From NCBI GenBank assembly GCA_021647905.1, contig JAKITW010000005.1, forward strand, positions 181-64,180: a stretch of 64,000 bases of DNA, read 5' to 3'. Position numbers and translations under genes: made by a program. The notes beneath the pieces were generated by a model that worked only from the letters and a program-made list of their open reading frames with translations, was not told the DNA's origin and searched no databases. Positions 7,563-17,778 of the stretch are shown piece after piece. Position 1 is the stretch's first letter, and each line of letters begins with the position of its first letter. This DNA comes from Desulfobacterales bacterium. GTDB taxonomy: Bacteria > Desulfobacterota > Desulfobulbia > Desulfobulbales > BM004.

Positions 7563-8564
7563 GTGGAACGGATCCTGAGCAAGGAAGAGATCGCCGAGCT
7601 TCTCTCGGCCGTTAAGGAGGGTGAGGTCGAGACCGGCAGCGGGCCGGAGGGCAACGACGGCGGGCGGAGCGTGGCCCGGCTGGACCTGGTCCGTCTGCCC
7701 GGTCCCGGGCACTGGAAGATTCCTAATCTCGATATCGTCCTTGAGGCCTTTGCCCGTCATTTTGCCGCCTCCCTGACCAACCGGCTGCAGCGGTCGGTGA
7801 CCATCAAACTGGCGGAAATCGAGTCCGGCGAGTTTGAGCCGATCCTGGCGAAGCTGACCCCTTACGGGGCGATCGGCATCCTCAGCCTGGAGCCGTTCAA
7901 GTCCGGTGGACTGCTGATCTTTGACGAAAGGCTGGCCTTTGTGATGCTGGAGATGCAGTTGGGCGGGACCGCGGCGGGCAAGATGACAACCCTGAACCGG
8001 ACCTTGACGACCATTGAGACCAATATCCTGTCGGCGATTATCAGCGATTGCTGTCCGGACCTGCAGAAGGCGTTCAGCGCCATTGAGCCGGTCCATGTCA
8101 AACTGCTCAAGGTTGAGAACAATCCGCGGCTGGTCAACATCGTTGAGCCGGACACCGGGGTCCTGGCCGCGGGTTTTACCGTGGATATCGACGAGTTTTC
8201 CGGACCCATGACCCTGGTCATTCCCCATGTGTCCCTGGAGCCGATGCGCGAGCGTCTGCGGGACACCATCCTGTCGCTTTCGTTCCAGCGCAGCGACGGC
8301 TGGTCAGCGCGTCTCCGGCAGGGGGTCGGCCAGTTGCACTCAACCGTGGCCGGCCAGGTCGCCGAGGTCAGGCTGCGGCTGCGCGATATCATCAACTTTC
8401 AGGTCGGCGACGTCATCGAGTTCAGCGCCCCCCGGAACTCCCGGATAAGGGTCCTGGTCGAGGGACGGCACAAGTTCAACGGCGTGGCCGGGGTCCGTAA
8501 CGGCGGCAAGGCCGTGCGGATCAATGAAATCCTTTTAAATGGAGCAGACAATGAGCCAAGCTGA
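7563..8564 (+). CDS. fliM: flagellar motor switch protein FliM
   Basis: 333 aa with an N-terminal LSKEEIAELL CheY-P-binding-like peptide and a SpoA-like C-terminus. GTG start; precedes fliN. Confidence 0.9.
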   Translation: MERILSKEEIAELLSAVKEGEVETGSGPEGNDGGRSVARLDLVRLPGPGHWKIPNLDIVLEAFARHFAASLTNRLQRSVTIKLAEIESGEFEPILAKLTPYGAIGILSLEPFKSGGLLIFDERLAFVMLEMQLGGTAAGKMTTLNRTLTTIETNILSAIISDCCPDLQKAFSAIEPVHVKLLKVENNPRLVNIVEPDTGVLAAGFTVDIDEFSGPMTLVIPHVSLEPMRERLRDTILSLSFQRSDGWSARLRQGVGQLHSTVAGQVAEVRLRLRDIINFQVGDVIEFSAPRNSRIRVLVEGRHKFNGVAGVRNGGKAVRINEILLNGADNEPS

Positions 8565-8898
8565 TGGAGCTGATGTTGCGGCCGTGACCGAGCCGTCACA
8601 AAAAAAACAAGCGGTTGCGCAGGAGGGTGAGCAGGGCATGAAGAACTTCGAGTTTCTGCTGGACATCCCGCTGAACATCTCGGTGGAGGTGGGCCGCACC
8701 CGGATCATGATCAAGGATCTGCTGCAGATGCGCGAGGGCAGCGTTGTCGAACTGGACAAGCTGGCCGGGGACCCGCTCGACGTGTACGTTAACTCGCGAC
8801 TGATCGCCAAGGGCGAAGCAGTGCTGGTCAATGACAAGTTCGGCATTCGGTTGACCGATGTGGTCAGCCCCTCCGAACGGATCGAGAAACTGGGATGA
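8539..8898 (+). CDS. fliN: flagellar motor switch protein FliN
   Basis: 119 aa with a SpoA/FliN domain (LLDIPLNISVEVGRTRIMIKDLLQMREGSVVELDKLAGDPLDVYVNSRLIAKGEAVLVNDKFGIRLTDV). The ATG at 8551 is an alternative start. Confidence 0.9.
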   Translation: MEQTMSQADGADVAAVTEPSQKKQAVAQEGEQGMKNFEFLLDIPLNISVEVGRTRIMIKDLLQMREGSVVELDKLAGDPLDVYVNSRLIAKGEAVLVNDKFGIRLTDVVSPSERIEKLG

Positions 8899-9284
8899 AA
8901 CAGCTGCTGATTTTTGTTGTTGTCCTGGCAACGCCGGTTCCGGCCCTTGCGGCCGGGAGCCCCTCCGGGCTGCTGGTCCCGGGGCTTAAAATGGTGGCCG
9001 GTCTGGCCGTGGTGCTGGGGCTGCTCTACCTTCTCCATGCCCTGTCGCGCAAGGGATTGTTTATGATGCCCGGGGCCAAGCAGGGGCTGATCCGGATCGT
9101 TGAGGTGCGGTCCCTGGGGGGCAGGAAGGGGCTGTGCCTGGTCGAGGTCCGCGGTCAGGAACTGTTGCTGGGGTTCGGCCCGGAGCGGATCGAGTGTCTG
9201 GCCCGGCTGGAGCCGGGCGCGGCAGCCAAGGGCTTTGCCCGTCAACTTGACCTGGCCCAGGCCCAGGGCCAGGGGCAGCCATGA
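8895..9284 (+). CDS. fliO: flagellar biosynthesis protein FliO/FliZ
   Basis: 129 aa with a single TM segment and a FliO-like motif (IRIVEVRSLGGRKGLCLVEVRGQELLLG). Its position directly before fliP supports the call. Confidence 0.65.
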   Translation: MKQLLIFVVVLATPVPALAAGSPSGLLVPGLKMVAGLAVVLGLLYLLHALSRKGLFMMPGAKQGLIRIVEVRSLGGRKGLCLVEVRGQELLLGFGPERIECLARLEPGAAAKGFARQLDLAQAQGQGQP

Positions 9285-10042
9285 ACGGCAAACGGTTCCA
9301 TCAGTGGCTGATTGTCCCGGGGCTGGTTGTGCTGGGGCTGGTTGTCCCGGCCGGCCTTCAGGCGGCCGGCCTGCCGACCATCACCCTGGGCATCGGCGAG
9401 GCCGCCGGACCCGGGCAGGCCGTTCCGGTGCTGCAGATTCTGCTGATCCTGACCGTGCTTTCGGTGGCGCCGGCCATCCTGTTGATGACAACCTCCTTTG
9501 TCCGGGTCGTCATTGTTCTCTCCTTTGTCCGCCAGGCGATCGGGACCCAGCAGATGCCCCCTAACCAGGTGATCATCGGCCTGGCCCTGTTTCTCACCTT
9601 TTTCGTCATGTCCCCGGTGTTGCACCAGATCAACGACACGGCCCTGCAGCCCTTTCTGAATAAGGAGATCTCCCAGGGGGATGCGCTTGAAAAGGCAGTG
9701 CAGCCAATGCGGGACTTCATGCTCAGGCAGACCGGGGAAAAGGATCTGGGACTGCTTGTCGACATATCCGGGCAGCCCGGGCCGGCAACCCCGGAAGAGA
9801 TCGAAACCATGACCCTGATCCCGGCCTTCATGCTTTCGGAACTGAAGCGTGCCTTTCAGATCGGCTTCATGATCTTTGTCCCGTTCCTGGTGATCGACAT
9901 GGTGGTGGCCTCGGTGTTGATGTCCATGGGCATGATGATGCTGCCGCCGGTCATCATCTCGCTGCCCTTTAAATTGCTGCTGTTCGTCCTGGTCGACGGC
10001 TGGACCCTGACCGTTGCCTCGCTGATAAGGGGCTTTGCCTGA
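9281..10042 (+). CDS. fliP: flagellar export apparatus protein FliP
   Basis: 253 aa carrying conserved FliP blocks (LTVLSVAPAILLMTTSFVRVVIVLSFVRQAIGTQQMPPNQV...PAFMLSELKRAFQIGF). Confidence 0.95.
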   Translation: MNGKRFHQWLIVPGLVVLGLVVPAGLQAAGLPTITLGIGEAAGPGQAVPVLQILLILTVLSVAPAILLMTTSFVRVVIVLSFVRQAIGTQQMPPNQVIIGLALFLTFFVMSPVLHQINDTALQPFLNKEISQGDALEKAVQPMRDFMLRQTGEKDLGLLVDISGQPGPATPEEIETMTLIPAFMLSELKRAFQIGFMIFVPFLVIDMVVASVLMSMGMMMLPPVIISLPFKLLLFVLVDGWTLTVASLIRGFA

Positions 10043-10081
10043 CCTTGTTCTCCTTCCGGCAAGATAGGAGGTTTTTTCGCC

Positions 10082-10351
10082 ATGACCCCTGAATTCGTGG
10101 TTGATCTGGCCCGCAAGGCAATCGAGACCACCCTGCTGCTGGCAGCGCCCATGCTCCTGGCCGGGCTGGTGATCGGCCTGCTGGTGAGCATCTTTCAGGC
10201 AGCCACCCAGATCAACGAGCAGACCATGACCTTTATCCCCAAGATCGTGGCGGTGCTGCTGGCGCTGCTGCTGTTCTCTCCCTGGCTGATCAAGATCATG
10301 CTTGCCTTTACCAACGAGGTGTTTGCAGAGATCGCCAGGGTCGGCGGCTGA
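10082..10351 (+). CDS. fliQ: flagellar export apparatus protein FliQ
   Basis: 89 aa, 2 TM segments, conserved FQAATQINEQTMTFIPKI block. Confidence 0.95.
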   Translation: MTPEFVVDLARKAIETTLLLAAPMLLAGLVIGLLVSIFQAATQINEQTMTFIPKIVAVLLALLLFSPWLIKIMLAFTNEVFAEIARVGG

Positions 10352-10359
10352 GACCCGGC

Positions 10360-11136
10360 ATGGATCCGACCTTTCTCTCCGTTGAAACCTTTCAGCGTTT
10401 TCTGATCTGCGTGGCGCGGATCGGCGCCCTGGTCGGAAGCCTGCCGGTCTTCAGCGGCGGCCAGACGCCGATGCGGTTCAAAACAGCCCTGGCGGTTGCC
10501 TTTTCCCTGGTGGTCTTCCCGGTGGTTGATCCCCTGCTGCCGCGGTTTGTTTTTGAGCCGTTCACCCTGGGCCTGCTGCTGACCCGGGAGGTCATGCTGG
10601 GGGTCATGGTCGGTTTCATTGCCAGGCTGATCTTCACGGCGGTCGAATTCGGCGGCACGATCATCGGTTACCAGATGGGCTTTGCCGTGGCCGAGGTGTT
10701 TGACCCGCAGAACCAGCGGCAGATCTCGTTGATGTCCCAGTTCCAGAACGTCTTCGCCATCCTGATCTTCCTGGCCGTGGACGGTCATCATCTGCTGCTG
10801 CGGGCCATGGTGGAATCGTTCCGCCTGGTGCCCCCGGCCGCCGAACTCCTCAACCGGGAGGTGGTCCCATACCTGATGGAACTCACCGGCGACATGTTTA
10901 TCCTGGGGGTCAAGTTCAGCGCGCCGATTCTCGCGGTGCTGCTCCTGTCCAGCCTGATCATGGGGATCATGTCCAGGGTCTTTCCGCAGTTGAACGTCTT
11001 CATGTTGTCCTTTCCGGTCAACATCGGCCTGGCGTTCATCCTCCTGGGGCTGACCCTCAACCTGGTCGCCGGGCTGCTCAGCCGCGAGTTCGTCGACCTG
11101 GGCGGCCGGGTCCTGGAACTGTTCAACCGGCTGTAG
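10360..11136 (+). CDS. fliR: flagellar export apparatus protein FliR
   Basis: 258 aa polytopic membrane protein between fliQ and flhB, with FliR-like motifs (GYQMGFA...FDP). Confidence 0.9.
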   Translation: MDPTFLSVETFQRFLICVARIGALVGSLPVFSGGQTPMRFKTALAVAFSLVVFPVVDPLLPRFVFEPFTLGLLLTREVMLGVMVGFIARLIFTAVEFGGTIIGYQMGFAVAEVFDPQNQRQISLMSQFQNVFAILIFLAVDGHHLLLRAMVESFRLVPPAAELLNREVVPYLMELTGDMFILGVKFSAPILAVLLLSSLIMGIMSRVFPQLNVFMLSFPVNIGLAFILLGLTLNLVAGLLSREFVDLGGRVLELFNRL

Positions 11137-11145
11137 GGGGCGGCA

Positions 11146-12207
11146 ATGGCGGAAGATCCGGGACAGGAAAGGACAGAACAGGCGACTGCCAAGCGGCGGG
11201 ATGATTTTCGTAAAAAGGGGCAGGTGGCCCAGAGCCGCGAGGTGCAGACCGCGGCCCTGATGACCGGCGCCGTCCTGATCTGGTACGCCTACGGGTCAAC
11301 TTTCTGGCAGTCCCTGAACCAGCTGTTGGCGCATCTCTTCGGCATTGCCGGCGGTTTTGCGCTGAGCCCGCTCTCGGCCGGCGACCTGCTCGCTTTTCTG
11401 CTCGGCCGGCTCGCCCTGTTGCTCTGGCCGCTGCTGCTGCTGGTGCTGGTGGTCGGTTTTCTGTCAAGCTTTCTGCAGATCGGCTGGCTGTTCACCACCA
11501 AGCCCATGGCCCCTGATTTCAGCAAGCTCGATCCGGTCCAGGGGCTGAAGCGTTTTGTCTCGATCCGCTCGCTGGTGGAACTGCTCAAGTCGCTGGCCAA
11601 GATCCTGCTGGTGGGCTGGGTGGCCTACCGGACCGTGCGGCCTGAACTGGCGTCGGCCGCCATGCTGATAAATATGGAGGTGGTCGATACCCTGCGTTTT
11701 CTCGGCCGGGTATCGGGTCTGGTGCTGCTCAAGAGTTGCGGGGTGCTGATTCTGCTCGCCGGGGTCGATTTTCTGTTTGTCCGCTGGGAAATGGAACAGA
11801 AAATGAAGATGACCAAGCAGGAGCAGAAAGAGGAGTTCAAGGAGACCGAGGGCGATCCGTTCCTCAAGGCCCGGATCCGTTCCCTGCAGGCCCAGATGGC
11901 CCGCCGGCGGATGATGGCCGAGGTGCCCACCGCGGACGTGGTGATTACCAACCCGACCCAGCTGGCAGTGGCCATTGTTTATCAGCGGGACAGGATGGAG
12001 GCGCCGCAGGTCGTTGCCAAGGGCGGTGACCTGGTGGCGGCGCGGATCAGGGAAATCGCCGGCAACAATGGCGTACCGCTGGTGGAGAACGTTCCGGTGG
12101 CCCGGGCGCTCTTCCAGGTGGAACTGGGCGGTGCGGTCCCGGAAGAGCTGTTTCTGGCAGTGGCCGAGATCCTGGCCTATGTCTATAACCTGAAGAGGGT
12201 GATGTAA
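11146..12207 (+). CDS. flhB: flagellar export switch protein FlhB
   Basis: 353 aa. N-terminus EKTEQATAKRRDDFRKKGQVAQSRE; NPTQ autocleavage site within ADVVITNPTQLAVAI. Confidence 0.95.
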   Translation: MAEDPGQERTEQATAKRRDDFRKKGQVAQSREVQTAALMTGAVLIWYAYGSTFWQSLNQLLAHLFGIAGGFALSPLSAGDLLAFLLGRLALLLWPLLLLVLVVGFLSSFLQIGWLFTTKPMAPDFSKLDPVQGLKRFVSIRSLVELLKSLAKILLVGWVAYRTVRPELASAAMLINMEVVDTLRFLGRVSGLVLLKSCGVLILLAGVDFLFVRWEMEQKMKMTKQEQKEEFKETEGDPFLKARIRSLQAQMARRRMMAEVPTADVVITNPTQLAVAIVYQRDRMEAPQVVAKGGDLVAARIREIAGNNGVPLVENVPVARALFQVELGGAVPEELFLAVAEILAYVYNLKRVM

Positions 12208-14291
12208 TGATAGCCGATGTTCTGGAATCCCGCTGGTCGCGACTTGTTTTTCGCAGCGACGCGATCATTTCCCTGGCAGTGGTCGCCATCCTGATGGTGA
12301 TGATCATCCCGTTGCCCTCGGTGTTGCTCGACATGTTTCTGGCAACCAACATCACCGTCAGCCTGCTGATCCTGGTTATCAGCCTTTACACGTCCCGGGC
12401 CCTTGATTTTTCTGTTTTTCCCTCGCTGTTGCTGGTGACCACCCTGTTCCGTTTATCTCTCAACGTGGCCTCGACCCGGCTGATCCTCCTCTACGGCAAC
12501 GAGGGTCCAGGGGCGGCCGGCTCCATTATCCAGTCCTTTGGTCAGTTCGTGGTCGGTGGCAATTATGTGGTCGGGATCGTGGTCTTTCTCATCCTGGTGG
12601 TGATCAACTTCATGGTCATTACCAAGGGTGCCGGCCGGGTTGCCGAGGTTGCCGCGCGTTTTACCCTGGACGCCATGCCTGGCAAGCAGATGGCCATTGA
12701 CGCTGATCTCAACGCCGGCCTGATCAGCGACGACGGGGCCCGGGCCCGCAGGGAGGAGATCGCCCGGGAGGCGGATTTCTACGGCGCCATGGACGGCGCC
12801 AGCAAGTTCGTGCGCGGCGACGCCATTGCCGGGATCATTATCACCCTGATCAACATCGGCGCCGGGTTCATCATCGGGGTCCTGCAGAAGGGGATGCCGA
12901 TGATCCAGGCGGCCCAGAACTATACCATTCTTACGGTGGGTGACGGGTTGGTCGGCCAGATTCCGGCCCTGGTTATTTCAACCGCGGCCGGGATCCTGGT
13001 CACCCGCAGCGCCGGGTCCGGTGATTTCGGCTCTGAACTCAAGGGGCAGTTCACCCCCCATCCCCGGGCGATCTGGGTGGTGGCGGGGATCCTGCTCGCC
13101 TTTGTCCTGATTCCCGGGATGCCTAAAATCGCCTTTCTGATTCTTGCCGCACTGCTCGGGGCCGGGGCCTACCAGTTGCAGAAGAATTTCCGCCGGGCCG
13201 CGGCGGAAGAGCAGGCCGTGGCATCCGAGCAGGTCCGGCCGGAACAGATCGACTATCAGCAGATGCTGGGTGTCGATCTGCTGGAACTGGAGGTCGGCTA
13301 CGGCCTGATTCCCCTGGTCGACGCCCAGCAGGACGGGGAGTTGCTGCAGAGGATTCACTCCATTCGCAAACAGTTCGCCCTGGAGATGGGAATAATCATT
13401 CCACCGATCCATATCCGGGACAACCTGCAGCTCAAACCCAATGAGTACGGGATCTTGCTCAAGGGGACCCGGGTTGCCCAGGGAGAAATTCTGCCCGGCC
13501 ATTTTCTGGCAATGGATCCGGGTACGGCCACCGAGCCGGTCAAGGGCACGCCGACCACTGAACCGGCCTTCGGGCTCCCGGCCCTGTGGGTTCCCGTTGA
13601 CCGCAAGGAGCGGGCCCAGATCTCCGGCTACACGGTGGTTGACTGCAACACGGTGATGGCCACCCACATCAGCGAGACGATAAAGCGGCACTGTCACGAG
13701 TTGCTGGGCCGGCAGGAGGCACAGAACTTGCTTGATAACCTTGCCAAGAGTTATCCGAAACTGGTTGAAGAGCTGGTTCCCCAACTGCTGTCACTCGGTA
13801 ATGTTATGAAAGTACTGCAAAACCTGCTGCGCGAACAGGTCTCGATCCGGGACATGCGCTCGATCCTTGAGACCCTGGCCGATCATGCCGGCCAGAGCCA
13901 GGATCCCGACGTGCTGACCGAGGATGTCCGCCAGGCGCTGGGCCGCTCGATCTGCAGCCGCATCAGCGAGGACGGGGCCACGCTGCCGGTACTGACCTTT
14001 GACCGCAGGATCGAAGAGACGCTGCAGGAAGCGGTGCAGAATCCGGGGCAGGGGGGGTATCTGGCCCTGGACCCGGACCGGGCCCGGGCGATTCTGGCCG
14101 CCCTGAGCAAGACCGGCGAGTCCTGGAGCGGCGGACAGCAACAGGTCCTGCTCTGCCCGTCAACAATCCGGCGGCATGTCAAAAAGTTGACCGAACGTTA
14201 TCTGCCCAATCTGGCGGTTTTGTCTCACAATGAGATTGCCGCGCATCTCAAGGTCAAATCCGTGGCCACGGTGAGCATCCATGAAGGTTAA
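12207..14291 (+). CDS. flhA: flagellar export gate protein FlhA
   Basis: 694 aa with the FHIPEP block (ITKGAGRVAEVAARFTLDAMPGKQMAIDADLNAG...FYGAMDGASKFVRGDAIAG) and a C-terminal cytoplasmic ring domain. Confidence 0.97.
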   Translation: MIADVLESRWSRLVFRSDAIISLAVVAILMVMIIPLPSVLLDMFLATNITVSLLILVISLYTSRALDFSVFPSLLLVTTLFRLSLNVASTRLILLYGNEGPGAAGSIIQSFGQFVVGGNYVVGIVVFLILVVINFMVITKGAGRVAEVAARFTLDAMPGKQMAIDADLNAGLISDDGARARREEIAREADFYGAMDGASKFVRGDAIAGIIITLINIGAGFIIGVLQKGMPMIQAAQNYTILTVGDGLVGQIPALVISTAAGILVTRSAGSGDFGSELKGQFTPHPRAIWVVAGILLAFVLIPGMPKIAFLILAALLGAGAYQLQKNFRRAAAEEQAVASEQVRPEQIDYQQMLGVDLLELEVGYGLIPLVDAQQDGELLQRIHSIRKQFALEMGIIIPPIHIRDNLQLKPNEYGILLKGTRVAQGEILPGHFLAMDPGTATEPVKGTPTTEPAFGLPALWVPVDRKERAQISGYTVVDCNTVMATHISETIKRHCHELLGRQEAQNLLDNLAKSYPKLVEELVPQLLSLGNVMKVLQNLLREQVSIRDMRSILETLADHAGQSQDPDVLTEDVRQALGRSICSRISEDGATLPVLTFDRRIEETLQEAVQNPGQGGYLALDPDRARAILAALSKTGESWSGGQQQVLLCPSTIRRHVKKLTERYLPNLAVLSHNEIAAHLKVKSVATVSIHEG

Positions 14292-15495
14292 GGTCTTTGA
14301 GGCCAACGACATGGGCACGGCCCTTAAGATGGTCAGGGAGAGCCTGGGCCCGGACGCCTTGATCCTGTCCACCAGGACCGTGCGCAAGGGCGGGCTAGGC
14401 CTGCTCGGCAGATCGACCCTTGAGGTGACCGCGGCGATCGATTCAGCGGATTTCGGGTCAGAACCGCCGGTTGCCGGCACCCCGGCCGCGGGTGATGACC
14501 AGGGTGATCCAGAGTTGACCTACGACAGGATCTGGCGCCGGCGCAAGGTTATTGACCCCCTGGAGGAAGAGGTCCTGGAACTTAAGGGCCATCTGGCCAA
14601 CCTGGATGTCGAGGCGCTGCGTACGGAGATCCTTGAGCTGAAGGACCTGATGAAGAGCCATGCCGCCCTTGCCCCGGCCGGGCAGTCCGCCGGTCCGGCA
14701 GCCGAATCGCCGCTGATGGGGATGATCGTCGAACTGAGTTCCCGCGGGGTGGAGCCGGCAACCGCGGAACAGATCGTCCGGCGGGCGGTCCGGCAGCAGC
14801 CCCTTGACCGGAGCAAGGTAAGCCCGGGTGAGTTTCTTTCCCAGGCGATCGCCGGTTCGATCCGTTGCAGCGGGCCGTTTTACGGGCCGATGAGCGGAAA
14901 ACCCCGGCGGATCGCCCTGCTTGGACCGACCGGGGTGGGAAAGACAACCACGGTGGCCAAACTGGCCGCCGACTACCTGCTCAACCAGGGTCGCAGCCTG
15001 GCCCTGGTGACCATTGACATCTACCGGATTGCCGCGGCCGAGCAACTCAAGGTCTATGGCGAGATCATGAATATCCCGGTGGACGTTGCCGGCAGCGCCC
15101 AGGAGTTCAAGCGGGTCATGCAGCGCCACCAGGACAAGGAACTGGTGCTGATCGATACTGCTGGCCGCAGTCCGCGTGACCGGGAAGGAATCGAGGCGTT
15201 ACACGCCTTGATCGGCCCGGAGAGCGGGATCGAGAACCACCTGGTTCTGTCGGTCACCACCCGGGAGCGGGAAAACCATACCGCGGTCCAATGTTTCACC
15301 GGGGTGCCGCTCAAGAGCATGATTCTGACCAAGCTGGACGAGTGTGACACGCTGGGGCCGCTGCTCAACATTCATCTCCGGCACGATACGCCGTTGTCTT
15401 ACCTGACCGACGGCCAGCGGGTTCCCGAAGATCTGCTGCTGGCTGAACCGGCCCGGGTGGGGCAACTTATCCTCGGGGCCCAGGCAGGTAAATGA
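14281..15495 (+). CDS. flhF: flagellar SRP-type GTPase FlhF
   Basis: 404 aa. G1 LLGPTGVGKTTT, DTAGR and TKLDE boxes identify an SRP-like GTPase. The start overlaps the flhA stop. Confidence 0.9.
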   Translation: MKVKVFEANDMGTALKMVRESLGPDALILSTRTVRKGGLGLLGRSTLEVTAAIDSADFGSEPPVAGTPAAGDDQGDPELTYDRIWRRRKVIDPLEEEVLELKGHLANLDVEALRTEILELKDLMKSHAALAPAGQSAGPAAESPLMGMIVELSSRGVEPATAEQIVRRAVRQQPLDRSKVSPGEFLSQAIAGSIRCSGPFYGPMSGKPRRIALLGPTGVGKTTTVAKLAADYLLNQGRSLALVTIDIYRIAAAEQLKVYGEIMNIPVDVAGSAQEFKRVMQRHQDKELVLIDTAGRSPRDREGIEALHALIGPESGIENHLVLSVTTRERENHTAVQCFTGVPLKSMILTKLDECDTLGPLLNIHLRHDTPLSYLTDGQRVPEDLLLAEPARVGQLILGAQAGK

Positions 15496-15652
15496 GCCGG
15501 TCGATATTACCCCTGGACAGGGCCGGGTCCGGCCGGGGCGGCCTTTATCCAACCAGCATGGCCGGAGCAAACTTTATGGCCGCGGCCACAACCAACAATG
15601 AAAATCTCCCCGGACAGCGAGCTTCGTCCGGAACGACTTTGATATAAACATC

Positions 15653-16549
15653 ATGGAACAGGTAAACAACCCCATGGATCAGGCAACCACCCTGCGCACC
15701 CTTGCCGGCGACTGCAAGCCGGAGCTTCAGCCCCGGGCCGACTCCAAGCTTGCCTCGGTTATCTCGGTCACCAGCGGCAAGGGCGGGGTCGGCAAGACGG
15801 CGGTGGTGGCCAATATCGCCCTGGTTCAGGCCAGGCAGGGGCGGCGGGTGATGATCATTGATGCGGACCTGGGCCTTGCCAACATCGATGTGGTGTTCGG
15901 CTTGAACCCGCGCTTTAACCTGAACCACTTTTTTTCCGGGGAAAAGACCCTTGAAGAGATTGTGATCGAGGGTCCTTTCGGGATCAAGATCCTGGCGGCC
16001 GGTTCCGGGGTCCAGTCCTTCACCCACCTGAGCGCCCCGCAGAAACAGCGCTTCCTGGAAAGCATGGATGTGTTTCACGGCCTTTTCGACCTGATGCTCA
16101 TCGATACCGAGGCCGGGATTTCTGAAAACGTGACCTATTTCAATGTGGCGGCGCAGGAGATCCTGGTCGTCACCACCTCGGATCCGACCGCGATTACCGA
16201 TGCCTATGCGTTGATGAAGGTACTTTCCAAACAGTATCACGAGAAACGTTTCAACCTGATTGCCAACCAGGTCAAGGATCAGGACGAGGCCCTTGAAATC
16301 TATAAGAAACTGACCATGGTGTCCGGACGCTACCTCGATATCTCCATCGATTTTCTCGGTTGGATACCATATGAGAGACGGATGCGGGAGACGATCTCCA
16401 GGCAGCGGGTGATTGCCGATCTTTTCCCGGGGACCCGGGCCAGCCGGAACTTTGAAGAGATAGCCCGGCAGCTCGATTCCCTGTTGCGGAACGGTTGTCC
16501 CAAGGGCACAACGCAACTCTTCTGGAAACGCCTGATGGAGTTTGAATAG
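15653..16549 (+). CDS. flhG: MinD/ParA-type ATPase FlhG (FleN/YlxH)
   Basis: 298 aa with the deviant Walker A box SGKGGVGKT. Located between flhF and fliA. Confidence 0.9.
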   Translation: MEQVNNPMDQATTLRTLAGDCKPELQPRADSKLASVISVTSGKGGVGKTAVVANIALVQARQGRRVMIIDADLGLANIDVVFGLNPRFNLNHFFSGEKTLEEIVIEGPFGIKILAAGSGVQSFTHLSAPQKQRFLESMDVFHGLFDLMLIDTEAGISENVTYFNVAAQEILVVTTSDPTAITDAYALMKVLSKQYHEKRFNLIANQVKDQDEALEIYKKLTMVSGRYLDISIDFLGWIPYERRMRETISRQRVIADLFPGTRASRNFEEIARQLDSLLRNGCPKGTTQLFWKRLMEFE

Positions 16550-16557
16550 GGGATGAC

Positions 16558-17304
16558 ATGAACCAAGCCTTTGCCTGCTATCAGAGCCCGGCGCCGGTCC
16601 TGGACCGTGACCGGCTGATCAGGTCGCATCTGCCCCTGGTGGATTTTCTGACCAGCCGGATGGTTGCCCAGGTCCCCCACTATATGACCCGGGACGATAT
16701 TGCCAGCGCCGCGGTCCTCGGCCTGGTTGACGCGGCCCAGCGTTTCGACCCGGCCAAGGGGGTGCAGTTCAAGACCTTTGCCGAGCAGCGGATCCGTGGG
16801 TCGATCATCGACGAGGCCCGGAAAATGGATGCCTTTTCCCGCACCCTGCGGGCGAAACAGTCCCGGATCGAGGATGCTGTGGCCCGTCTCGAAGGGAGGC
16901 TGGGACGGACCCCGGAAGAAGTGGAGATCGCCGCGGCCCTTGGTTGCAGTCTCGAACAGTATCGCCGGCAGTTGCAGGAGGTCAGTCATCTCGGGATGGT
17001 CAGTCTTAACAAGACCTTTGGCCGCGAGGGGACGGCAGGGGTCGAGCTGCAGGAGATGATCGAGGACAAGAGCATCCCCGGTCCCCATGAACAGGCCGAG
17101 GGCAAGGCCCTGGCCCGGGAGATCGCCCGCCATCTGCGGGGCCTCTCCGAAAAGGAGCAGCTGGTCGTTAGCCTCTATTACTATGAAGAGTTGAGTCAGA
17201 AGGAGATTGCCCGGCTCCTTGATCTGACCGAGGGACGTATTTCACAGCTCCACAGCCAGGCATTGATCAAACTACGGGCAAAGATGCGTCGGCAACGCGA
17301 TTGA
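16558..17304 (+). CDS. fliA: flagellar sigma factor FliA (sigma-28)
   Basis: 248 aa with sigma-70 regions 2, 3 and 4 (FKTFAEQRIRGSIIDEARK...LSEKEQLVVSLYYYEELSQKEIARLLDLTEGRISQLHSQALIKLR). Confidence 0.9.
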   Translation: MNQAFACYQSPAPVLDRDRLIRSHLPLVDFLTSRMVAQVPHYMTRDDIASAAVLGLVDAAQRFDPAKGVQFKTFAEQRIRGSIIDEARKMDAFSRTLRAKQSRIEDAVARLEGRLGRTPEEVEIAAALGCSLEQYRRQLQEVSHLGMVSLNKTFGREGTAGVELQEMIEDKSIPGPHEQAEGKALAREIARHLRGLSEKEQLVVSLYYYEELSQKEIARLLDLTEGRISQLHSQALIKLRAKMRRQRD

Positions 17305-17325
17305 TCCGGACGGAATAATGGTGGG

Positions 17326-17772
17326 ATGATGGCAAGGGACATGATTTTTCTGCTGGTGCTGTTCAGCGCCGGCACACTGGCCGTACTCAGTTTCTGGCTC
17401 GATGGCCGGCTGCGCAAGGCCCGTTGCCGGCAACAGGAGGCAGAGGCGGCCCGGGTCGAGTATCAGCAGCAACTGTTGCGCCTGGAGCGGCAGCTGGCCG
17501 CCGGCCTGGCGCCGGCCACCGTGGCGGGTCCGGCAGACCGGTCCCGGCGGGAAGGTGCGTTTGCCGGGCCGCTTGGGCAGGCCGGGCTGCGATTACGCCT
17601 GCGGCAGGGGCCGGTGCGCACCACCGGGGTGGTCGAGCGGTATCGGCTGATGGCGGCAATGGCCCGGCAAGGGCTGGCGGCCCAGGATATCAGCGCCGTG
17701 CTGCGGTTCTCTGACAGCGAAACAGAACAGTTGCTGAAACTATCCCGGGTCGGCCGGCGGGCCGCGGCTTAA
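17326..17772 (+). CDS. hypothetical membrane-anchored protein, possibly DUF2802-like (flagellar-cluster associated)
   Basis: 148 aa with an N-terminal TM segment and a coiled coil. The C-terminal HTH-like segment reads ERYRLMAAMARQGLAAQDISAVLRFSDSETEQLLKL. Only its position after fliA links it to motility. Confidence 0.45.
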   Translation: MMARDMIFLLVLFSAGTLAVLSFWLDGRLRKARCRQQEAEAARVEYQQQLLRLERQLAAGLAPATVAGPADRSRREGAFAGPLGQAGLRLRLRQGPVRTTGVVERYRLMAAMARQGLAAQDISAVLRFSDSETEQLLKLSRVGRRAAA

Positions 17773-17778
17773 GGAAAG